Position numbers and translations under genes: made by a program
Shown here: positions 56,166 to 64,000 of the stretch, one piece after another
Layout: each line of letters begins with the position of its first letter
Position numbering within the stretch: position 1 is the stretch's first letter
Notes under the pieces: model-generated
What the model was told of the DNA's origin: nothing
Databases searched by the model: none
What the model saw: only the letters and a program-made list of their open reading frames with translations
Assembly: GCA_030688315.1 (NCBI GenBank)
Contig: JAUYIT010000008.1
Coordinates: 21,240-85,239, forward strand
DNA length: 64,000 nt
Source of the DNA: Candidatus Komeilibacteria bacterium
GTDB taxonomy: Bacteria; Patescibacteriota; Patescibacteriia; UBA1558; UBA10009
Reading direction: 5' to 3'

Positions 56166-59100
56166 TTACTTGATTAAATATTCAGACAGAATCACTTCTC
56201 GCTTGCCGATATTGATTGCACTATACTCGGCAAAATGACCACTTAGGAGTCGATTGGAAATGTTAGTTTCAAGTATGCCAAGTATACGCAAAGGACTTGG
56301 TACTTTATTTGTTTCCAATTCTTTATTTAAGACCTGAAGCGTGACTCGAGTGGTTTGTTTTGGCAAGCCACCTTCTTCCAGTTGAATAATAATCTTTTTG
56401 AGATATAATTCCTGATCTTCGGTAAATTGTCGGCGATCTTTCATTGTTGCCTTAATAATTCGCAAAATCTGAGTGGCACTGTCTCGGCCGCCTCTCATTT
56501 TTACTTCCGGAATTTCTTCAGTAGTTGCAAAAATAAAAGCCTTTTTATTCTCATCCAGTAATCCGTAAAAGTTTTTATCTGTTTTTTCTTGGTTAGTTTT
56601 TTCAGCAGTTTCAAGAATTTTCGCCGTCGACATAAAGTCTAATTCTTTAGAGTCGTTGCCAGTATTAGCTATAAAGAATTTTTGCACTTTACCACGGCGG
56701 AAATAAGTAATAAGGTGGCCAGCCAAATTTTTATCTATTCTTGCGGTCCTGGCTTTTTTGGGTAAATGCTTTATTTTCTCAAAGAGATCTGGATTTTTAT
56801 CACGCAATTCTTTGATTGCATGCAAATATTTCAATTCGCTTTCCTCACCATCGTCTTCACCGGTGATAAATTTCTCAGAAGTTAACCTATTAAACAGTTC
56901 GTGTGAACCAATTGGTTCGTTTTCAGTTAAAAGATGAGCGTCTCCGCCAAGGAGAGCCAAGAAGGCGTTAATTTTGGCTTCAGCGGCTTCCCGAAGTTTG
57001 ATCTGATCATTTCCTTGTTTTGTCGGGAAGAAGTTATAAGTGTAAATTTTATCAAATTTGGTATCAACACGATTAATACGACCAACCCTTTGCATCATGC
57101 GAGTCGGGTTCCAAGGAATGTCATAGTTAATGACCACATTAGAACGGTGTAGGTTTACACCTTCAGCCAAGACTTCAGTACAAATAAGAATGCGATAATC
57201 ATCCTTGGGAAATTTAGCTTTGGCGTCAAAGTTTTCAATAACTTGTTCACGGACTAATTCGCTAGAACCGCCGGTAAAACATACCGCTTGGCCGGGTATT
57301 TTTTCTTCAATATTCTGAGTTAGATATTCCGCCGTTTCTTTTGACTCAGTAAAGATAATTAGTTTATTCTTTTTGAGAATCGGATTAGTAGAAAGTTTAT
57401 CAATAAAAGCTACGAGCTTTGGATCTCGTTTAATACCGACCCACATAGCATGTATTTCTTTCAAAATATCTAAGTCGTTTTGTAAATCCTTTCTTAAACC
57501 ATCTTTAAAATCCTTACTTGGAAATTTTTCAGCTTTACCCTTACTGATCAAATTTTCAACAGCCTCATCATTATCATCTTCTAAATACTCAAAAATCTTA
57601 TTAGTATACTTCTTGCTGACATAAACATCGCCTTTTTCCAATTCAGACAAAAAAGAAATATACGAATTTATAAATCTATCAAGAGAATTACGGAAAGCGT
57701 AAAAACTGCTCTCCAGACGTTTGATAAGCAAAATCTTCATAAACTTACCCATGTTCATTTGTGCCAATTCTTCCGGCTGACTCAACTCGCCTTTATAGTA
57801 AAGCATTGGGGTATAACGAGAGTATTTGAATTTTTTGGCGATTAGTTCAATCGTCTTGATGAATACCGAATCTTCGTTCTCGTTCAGCTCATAGAAAACT
57901 GCCTCGGGTTTTTCAACCTCAGGGAATTTCAATTTTTGCTTAGCCAAGTCTTCAACAAAGTATTTATTAATCTCCGAACGAGTTCGGCGAACCATTAAAT
58001 ATTTCAAAACCTTTTCTCTAATCTCTTTAGCATTTTCTTTAACTGTATTTATATAAACTGCATAATCCTTTTGACGGTCAAGATTTTTTAGTTTCCTCTC
58101 CAAACTAGCAAAAAACTGTTCAAGATCTGGGAGGTTCGGAATAGTACTCTTTCGAGCTTTTTGGAAAAGTTTAATTTGACTCAAAATATCTTTTGGCGAG
58201 TTGTTATAGGGCGTAGCAGTAACAAGGATAATTTTTTTACCCCGGCAAATTTCCGCTAATTTTTCATACGTAGCATTATTTTCAGTCCTAAATCTATGAG
58301 CTTCATCAATAATAATGTTATCAAATTTCTCCACCCCTCGCTTAATAATTTCATCAAGTTTACCGACGGATTCACATTCTGCTGAAACCTTAAAATCAAG
58401 TAGCACATTAGCCCATGATCCAGGATTCTTTTTATCAATCAAAACAGGAGGGGCGATTACTAAAGTTCGGCCATCCAACTGCCCTGCAAGCATGGAGGCA
58501 ATATAAGTTTTACCAAGACCAACAACATCGGAAATAAAAACTCCACCATATTCCTCAAGAATCTTTTTCGCGTTTATAACGGCTTGCTTTTGATATTCAA
58601 ATTCCTTAAATTCCTCTGGGAGATATTTCAAAAACATCTCATCTTGCTGGTTTAGATCATCTTTAAAATATTCATATAAAAACTTAAGATAAAGTTCGTA
58701 GGGAGTAATGCTGTCGTTAAGCCATGTTTTTGTCTGAATAGTTTCAATATATTTTTGGCTGACATCAACAGCATCTTGCCAGAGTTCGTTAAACTTTTCT
58801 AAGGCAAAATCGTAGTCGGCTCTGTTTTTAAGCTCAACGTTAAACTCCAAGTTATCCATGAGGCCGGCTTGAGTAAAATTGCTTGATCCGGTGATTACTC
58901 TGCCTTTATCCCTATCCTCATCACTAAAGGTCATAATATAAACCTTGGCGTGTATTTTTTCTGTTGGATAGGCACGAATTTCAAGGCGGCTGGATTTTAT
59001 CCATTCAATAAATTTGAAGACACCGTCCTCCACTTTTTCGCTATCCTCGGCTTCCTCCATTTCTTTCTCAATCGCAGTACCTAATTGCTCCTTAGTTTCG

Positions 59101-59360
59101 GCACTGGAAAATTGCAGAGCGGATTGCTCGGCTGGATTTGCTTTCTGCATCAAATCATATGTTTGCTGATTAGTACTGATACCAATAAGAATTCTAACCT
59201 TGTCGGTGCTTTCAAGAGATTTGTATAAAGCATGAAAACCACTAGTATAAAAATAACCAACCAGACAATCAAAAAATTTAGTGTCTTTGATTAATACCTC
59301 GAATCTCTGTTTAAGACTTTGACCTTTTTCGTTTGTTATAAATGTTAAGTCAGAATTCAT
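56166..59360 (-). CDS. PLD-nuclease / SNF2-like helicase fusion (restriction-type partner of the MTase)
   Basis: HAKVY...GSSNFT...N.EFN (PLD); DVVGLGKT, DEAH, TATP, EGVNL and QRVGRINR (SF2 helicase). Confidence 0.9.
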   Translation of the reverse strand: MNSDLTFITNEKGQSLKQRFEVLIKDTKFFDCLVGYFYTSGFHALYKSLESTDKVRILIGISTNQQTYDLMQKANPAEQSALQFSSAETKEQLGTAIEKEMEEAEDSEKVEDGVFKFIEWIKSSRLEIRAYPTEKIHAKVYIMTFSDEDRDKGRVITGSSNFTQAGLMDNLEFNVELKNRADYDFALEKFNELWQDAVDVSQKYIETIQTKTWLNDSITPYELYLKFLYEYFKDDLNQQDEMFLKYLPEEFKEFEYQKQAVINAKKILEEYGGVFISDVVGLGKTYIASMLAGQLDGRTLVIAPPVLIDKKNPGSWANVLLDFKVSAECESVGKLDEIIKRGVEKFDNIIIDEAHRFRTENNATYEKLAEICRGKKIILVTATPYNNSPKDILSQIKLFQKARKSTIPNLPDLEQFFASLERKLKNLDRQKDYAVYINTVKENAKEIREKVLKYLMVRRTRSEINKYFVEDLAKQKLKFPEVEKPEAVFYELNENEDSVFIKTIELIAKKFKYSRYTPMLYYKGELSQPEELAQMNMGKFMKILLIKRLESSFYAFRNSLDRFINSYISFLSELEKGDVYVSKKYTNKIFEYLEDDNDEAVENLISKGKAEKFPSKDFKDGLRKDLQNDLDILKEIHAMWVGIKRDPKLVAFIDKLSTNPILKKNKLIIFTESKETAEYLTQNIEEKIPGQAVCFTGGSSELVREQVIENFDAKAKFPKDDYRILICTEVLAEGVNLHRSNVVINYDIPWNPTRMMQRVGRINRVDTKFDKIYTYNFFPTKQGNDQIKLREAAEAKINAFLALLGGDAHLLTENEPIGSHELFNRLTSEKFITGEDDGEESELKYLHAIKELRDKNPDLFEKIKHLPKKARTARIDKNLAGHLITYFRRGKVQKFFIANTGNDSKELDFMSTAKILETAEKTNQEKTDKNFYGLLDENKKAFIFATTEEIPEVKMRGGRDSATQILRIIKATMKDRRQFTEDQELYLKKIIIQLEEGGLPKQTTRVTLQVLNKELETNKVPSPLRILGILETNISNRLLSGHFAEYSAINIGKREVILSEYLIK

Positions 59361-59361
59361 A

Positions 59362-59541
59362 TTATTTTTTTAATAAATTTAGAATGTTATTTTTCTTATA
59401 TCTTCTGTCGCCACGAACTCCAAATCTAATGGCTTTCAAAACCCCCTTATTATCCCACTTTCGTAAAGTATTTGGATGGCAATGTAGAAGTTCACACGCT
59501 TCACTTAAGGTTATGATTTCATCGTTCTTTTTTATTGTCAT
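59362..59541 (-). CDS. MerR/excisionase-like HTH protein (59 aa), not in the ORF track
   Basis: MTIKKNDEIITLSEACELLHCHPNTLRKWDNKGVLKAIRFGVRGDRRYKKNNILNLLKK; stop 1 nt before the helicase ATG. Confidence 0.85.
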   Translation of the reverse strand: MTIKKNDEIITLSEACELLHCHPNTLRKWDNKGVLKAIRFGVRGDRRYKKNNILNLLKK

Positions 59542-59684
59542 AAAAGAAGTAATATTTAACTTAACATTACTTTACACCTATTTTAAATCAAAGTAAAGTC
59601 ATTTTTTAGAAGTTTTAGGATTAAAAGTTATCTACTCGGGACGCTCTGGACTCCTTTAGGGATCAGCGTCATCAATAGTGTTAT

Positions 59685-61016
59685 ATGGAATACGCAAATT
59701 ATCAAGGGTTTAAAGGGGCTTCTATCCAAAACCAAGTTCAGGCCCCAGTAAAGGTCAAATATTGCCTTTACGCAAGAAAATCAACGGAATCAGAGGAACG
59801 CCAAGTCCTCTCTATAGATAGCCAGATAAAAGAGATGATCCGGCTAGCTGAAAGAGAAAAACTGGATATTGTAGAGATTAAGCGGGAAAGCCATTCAGCT
59901 AAAGCAACCGGACAACGGCCAATCTTTAACGAGCTTCTGACTGATCTTAGGCAAGGCAAGTTTAATGGTATCCTAACTTGGGCTCCTGATAGAATATCCA
60001 GGAATGCTGGCGACCTCGGAGCGATAGTAGATCTGATGGATGAAAAACTTTTAATAGACATACGAACGTTTAGCCAAAGCTTTAGTAACAACCCAAATGA
60101 AAAATTCTTGCTGATGATTTTAGGTAGTCAGGCTAAACTTGAAAACGATAATCGTGGCATTAACGTAAAACGTGGTTTAAGATCCAGAGCAGAAATGGGT
60201 TTTTGGACAGGACTTGCTCCGCTTGGGTATTTAAACCAGAATAGAGTAGATAAAAAGGGCGATGTCATTATTGATCCGGTAAGAGCGCCTATTATTAAAC
60301 AGATGTTTGAAAAAGTTGCTTATGAATATTATAGCGGCAGGAAATTGTTTCACTGGCTGAAGTTTGATATTAATTTTAAAACCAGGGGTAATAAAAATCT
60401 TACACTAAGCGGAATATACAGGGTAATAAACAGCTCATTTTATTACGGGATGTTTGAGAGGCCGCAGGGTAGCGGTACTTGGTATAAAGGTCAGCATAAG
60501 CCACTAATAACCCAAGAGTTATTTGAAAAAGTCCAAGAACAACTTCAAAGAGCAGAAAAAGAACGTAAGAATAGGGATTTTGCCTTCACTAAATTATTAA
60601 CTTGTGGCTACTGCGGATCAGGGGTAACTGGGCAAGAAAAATATAAGCATCTTAAAAACGGAACCATAACTACCTATATTTATTATGGTTGTACCCGGGG
60701 CAAGGATAAAAATTGTAAAAGTATCTACATTAGAGAAGAAGAGTTGATCGTAGAGCTGCTTAAAATTATTGACCAAGTGGAAATAGATAAACTCGGTATG
60801 AGGTATAAGCTAGAAGCCGAAGTTGAAAGATATAATAAATTTCAAGAATCGGTACTAGGGAGTAGTCCCGATAAAAATATCCCGACTAAAAAAATTGACG
60901 TACGAACGTATGCCAAGTATATATTACAAAATGGAGTGATTACTGAAAAGAGAGAGCTACTGGCTTTATTACAGAGTAAGCTAATTTATAAGGATAAAAA
61001 AATTACTCTCCTTTAA
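59685..61016 (+). CDS. Large serine recombinase (integrase)
   Basis: YARKS catalytic motif, SIDSQ, RP.F, DRISRN, recombinase domain and CGYC...C...C zinc ribbon. Confidence 0.93.
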   Translation: MEYANYQGFKGASIQNQVQAPVKVKYCLYARKSTESEERQVLSIDSQIKEMIRLAEREKLDIVEIKRESHSAKATGQRPIFNELLTDLRQGKFNGILTWAPDRISRNAGDLGAIVDLMDEKLLIDIRTFSQSFSNNPNEKFLLMILGSQAKLENDNRGINVKRGLRSRAEMGFWTGLAPLGYLNQNRVDKKGDVIIDPVRAPIIKQMFEKVAYEYYSGRKLFHWLKFDINFKTRGNKNLTLSGIYRVINSSFYYGMFERPQGSGTWYKGQHKPLITQELFEKVQEQLQRAEKERKNRDFAFTKLLTCGYCGSGVTGQEKYKHLKNGTITTYIYYGCTRGKDKNCKSIYIREEELIVELLKIIDQVEIDKLGMRYKLEAEVERYNKFQESVLGSSPDKNIPTKKIDVRTYAKYILQNGVITEKRELLALLQSKLIYKDKKITLL

Positions 61017-61779
61017 AAGTATTAGTAGTGAATTTTTTCTGCGCGCGTTGAAAATTCTCAGTTTTCATAAGCTCTTCTTTTAAAGATTCATTTTCTTTTC
61101 TAAGCTCCTTAAGTCTTGTAATAAAATCATCGGAAAAATTAATTACTTCAAAATCTTTGTTTATTCCCCCAAAAATATCCATGAAGTTACCGGCACAAAG
61201 GCCTAGTGTCCATAGATCAGTTTTAACCAAAAAATCATTTTCCTTATCAAAGAATGGAGTGGCAAATTTTTTTCTCTCTTCATCTAAGTAAAAATTTTGT
61301 TGGGCATAAACTATATTTGCATGCGCGGTCGAAGAATTAATTGATTGTTTGATATTTTTAATTGCTAAAGAAGCCTGCGGATACCGTTGTTCAAGCCAAT
61401 CATATCTTTTTTTAGTTAATTCTTTAGATGGATCCATTATTTCCTCTTCATTTATATCAGCAAAATCTTTAATATCTATATTGCCAATAGCATAGGCTGC
61501 GCAGGCACCTGATTCCAGGGATTGCCTTAAATCCATCATAGCCTGAACATGGTGGAGTCTTACTGTTGAAAATAAGGCCAAAGTATGGTGTTTTCTAATT
61601 TGTGAAAGAAACATAGTGAAAATAAACCTATCAGGATCCACGGATTTTATAAATTCGTTTAGTAGATGATTTAATTCAGCGGAGTTAATAAAATGCCTAC
61701 CAAAGCGTTCAGCTCCAGCAAGAACCATTTCTTTTTCGCTTTCAAGGATATCGCCTAATGTTGATTGTTTGAAGTCCAT
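61003..61779 (-). CDS. Hypothetical helical protein (possible HEPN-like)
   Basis: LRQSLES...STAHAN pattern; third gene of a tightly spaced operon. Confidence 0.6.
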   Translation of the reverse strand: MDFKQSTLGDILESEKEMVLAGAERFGRHFINSAELNHLLNEFIKSVDPDRFIFTMFLSQIRKHHTLALFSTVRLHHVQAMMDLRQSLESGACAAYAIGNIDIKDFADINEEEIMDPSKELTKKRYDWLEQRYPQASLAIKNIKQSINSSTAHANIVYAQQNFYLDEERKKFATPFFDKENDFLVKTDLWTLGLCAGNFMDIFGGINKDFEVINFSDDFITRLKELRKENESLKEELMKTENFQRAQKKFTTNTFKGE

Positions 61780-61783
61780 ATGA

Positions 61784-62518
61784 TTAATACAGTAATGGGT
61801 TTAAGTCAGTCTGGATATTCAGATTGTAAGCTAATAAACTAGGACAAAGTTGAGTTAATGAAATATCATCAGAGCCAAGATTACAAAAAATCCATACTTG
61901 ATGAAATGGTTGAGCTTCATTTTTTAATAATAAATCGCTTATTTCAGTAATATTTAAATTTTCTATTGGTTTATTTAAACTTATTAAAAGTGTGGTTTGA
62001 GGAACGTATCTTTTTATAAATTTTTTTTCAATTATTAATTTAGCAATTTTTTGTGAATCATTTTCTCCCGCTGTATTATTAATTACTTCTGGCGGTAGGA
62101 AAATGCACTCTAAAGGGAATGCATTTATTGTATTACCTCTTCTATCTCCGAGTGCTTCAATGGGTACCAATGCAATATCTGGCACATCGCTTGATACTAT
62201 CAAATGTTTCCCGTAATTTAATTTTGCTAGTAGTAAAGTAAAATATATTGTTGGAAAAATTTCTTCACTAACTTTTTTAAATCGAGTATCCTGGAGCTTG
62301 CCTTTAGTTTTTTCTAAAGCGAAATTGACTAATTCAATTAGTTTTAATGGAGTAAAACCAATATTCCAATCGCCATGGGAACTGTTAGGGCTTAAATTAC
62401 GAGCCTGTAAATAAGTAAGAGCATTAATTAATTCTTCATCAATTAGCTCAAGGCCTAATGTTTTTTTAAAAAATGAATTACATTCTTCTTTTGTCCACAT
62501 AAAATTATTATCTTTCAT
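61784..62518 (-). CDS. Hypothetical protein (possible PD-(D/E)xK-like fold)
   Basis: SEE...DVPDIALV...PLECI...KKFIKRY...LLI...FHQVW. Confidence 0.6.
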   Translation of the reverse strand: MKDNNFMWTKEECNSFFKKTLGLELIDEELINALTYLQARNLSPNSSHGDWNIGFTPLKLIELVNFALEKTKGKLQDTRFKKVSEEIFPTIYFTLLLAKLNYGKHLIVSSDVPDIALVPIEALGDRRGNTINAFPLECIFLPPEVINNTAGENDSQKIAKLIIEKKFIKRYVPQTTLLISLNKPIENLNITEISDLLLKNEAQPFHQVWIFCNLGSDDISLTQLCPSLLAYNLNIQTDLNPLLY

Positions 62519-63959
62519 TAACTAGTTTTTTTTCTTGTTCTATGATGCTCCAATACGGCTCGGCGTAATTTCCCCCTCTCATATCTTTTAATACATCAAT
62601 TTGATCCTGTGGAATTTCTACAACTAATTGATCAAGATAGTCCAAGAAAGCTTGCTTATTGTTAAGTGAAAATATCTTTGCAGGAAATTCATTTAACCTT
62701 AAATATGACGGCGTGTTTTCAGGAAATTCCCTAAGCAGTAAAGCTGATTCTTTATCTAAGAAAAGTGCGTCACAGTATGGCAGATAACTAGCTATAAAGG
62801 AAACATCCGTTGTAGATTTTGGAGGATTCTTTTTGCCGTTCCTTGCCCGATGCGCTAATCCAGCGAACATGACGGCATTAATTCTGATCTGAGGTATTTC
62901 AAGTAGCGCGTTTACGTCAATAAAGTATTGAGCAATTGTTTCTTGTGTTTGTTCTTCTGATAAGCCTTTTTGTTTAGCAATTTTGACTAAATCTTCAATT
63001 GTATCATTGGCTGGCGGCGGTAATAAATCATCTAAATCAAAATTATAATTTTCTTCTCTAACTATTTTTGTCATAGCTAAAGATCTTCTTTCAATAAATT
63101 TTTTTACTACCTCAATTAACCCTTTCCCCATGCCCAATGTTTCCTCTTTTACTCTTTGCACAAAAGTGATATTTTTTTCATTTTGCCACCTAGTCCAGAC
63201 TTCTTTTAATTGTTCTTTTGTGAAAGTATTAACTTTTTGAATATTTTCTAATTGTCCTGGATATGGTCTTCCTCCGACAGATATCATCATGCCAGCCGAC
63301 CAAGAATGTAAGTCTTTTTCAAATGCTATATTTTCCGGCTTCAACTCAAATTTAATTTTTCTGCCTTCTAGCCATCCTTCAAAATGTTTAGTAATTTGGT
63401 CTCTTTCTATTATCACGCTAGGATAAAGAGTTTTTCCATTGGAAAAATGTTCATATAATCTTTTCATTAATCTGAAATCTATATTTCCAATTAATGACTC
63501 ATCTACATGATAAAAACTGTCAGGACAAACTATCGCTTGAGATTTTGAAGCAGCCTCAAGTTTTATGAATAAAGATTCCCAAAAAGGATCTGCCTTTATT
63601 CTTTCATGGCTCGGATGCGATTTGTCTAATAATTTTACCAAATTGCTAATAACAAATTGATCGAGATACAAAATATTCTTTTTAATCTTAGGCAAAATAT
63701 AATCCTTTTTATACCCACACTTAATACACTCTCTCGTATATGAACCTTGACCGGACATTAGAAAGGATACGCCAAAAGAATTTTCCGCTTGGCATTTTAG
63801 GTCAGGGCATTGTTTATATGGTTCTGAAATAAAATCTTTACGAGTTATAGTCATAACTTGTTTCTTGGGAATACTTTTTTGTCCATCCCTATCTAAACAG
63901 CATTTTTTATATTTTATTCCCGAACCGCATGGACAGGGATCATTTCTTCCTATTTTCAT
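62508..63959 (-). CDS. SEC-C motif protein with zinc ribbon and possible PIN-like domain
   Basis: [20 protein letters not shown]; CPDLKC...CIKC; [11 protein letters not shown]...[20 protein letters not shown]. Confidence 0.7.
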   Translation of the reverse strand: MKIGRNDPCPCGSGIKYKKCCLDRDGQKSIPKKQVMTITRKDFISEPYKQCPDLKCQAENSFGVSFLMSGQGSYTRECIKCGYKKDYILPKIKKNILYLDQFVISNLVKLLDKSHPSHERIKADPFWESLFIKLEAASKSQAIVCPDSFYHVDESLIGNIDFRLMKRLYEHFSNGKTLYPSVIIERDQITKHFEGWLEGRKIKFELKPENIAFEKDLHSWSAGMMISVGGRPYPGQLENIQKVNTFTKEQLKEVWTRWQNEKNITFVQRVKEETLGMGKGLIEVVKKFIERRSLAMTKIVREENYNFDLDDLLPPPANDTIEDLVKIAKQKGLSEEQTQETIAQYFIDVNALLEIPQIRINAVMFAGLAHRARNGKKNPPKSTTDVSFIASYLPYCDALFLDKESALLLREFPENTPSYLRLNEFPAKIFSLNNKQAFLDYLDQLVVEIPQDQIDVLKDMRGGNYAEPYWSIIEQEKKLVNER

Positions 63960-64000
63960 ATCTTATTATTTTACTATAAAACCGCCCTTTTGTGGACGGC

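Larger units (their letters stand above)
42116..63959. mobile_element. Genomic island / integrative element (serine recombinase, terminase module, defence-like cargo); boundaries approximate, right end probably outside the window
   Basis: Visible shift to AT-richer sequence with fewer GGCC/CCGG words; mobility and defence gene content. Confidence 0.7.

Noticed and set aside
47219-61016. Complete prophage
   Set aside because: No portal, capsid, tail, lysis or replication gene is recognisable in the window.

Overview
64-kb chromosomal segment of a probable CPR/Patescibacteria (Parcubacteria-like) bacterium using genetic code 11. The taxonomy is inferred from gene content. (1) 1-9 kb is the replication-origin region: trxB start, tRNA-Ala(GGC), tRNA-Arg(CCT), a perfect parS, bactofilin, yidC-yidD-rnpA-rpmH, dnaA-oriC-dnaN. 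Three extra genes lie between rpmH and dnaA, including a DUF3800 gene with a convergent ~100-nt candidate sRNA that has its own promoter and terminator. (2) 9-42 kb holds housekeeping and envelope genes (pyrD, PBP1A, tyrS, ruvC, yebC, PGI/PMI, galU, msrB, DedA, DEAD helicase). It also holds an array of 11 VirB2/TrbC-like pilin paralogues with variable Cys-rich extensions, flanked by GT-C-like membrane proteins and a solute-binding lipoprotein. (3) From ~42.1 kb to the end is an AT-richer island. Its + strand backbone is HTH-like gene, ParB-methyltransferase, TerS-like, TerL and a large serine recombinase, with no portal or capsid gene in the window. All of its cargo is on the - strand and looks defence-related: AlbA_2 protein, DUF4238, IrrE/XRE pair, PLD-helicase plus a frameshifted type IIG-like methyltransferase, and a SEC-C/PIN-like three-gene operon. 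REP-like palindromes are scattered through the host region. No CRISPR array or rRNA was seen. All family calls come from motif recognition by eye, not from database searches.
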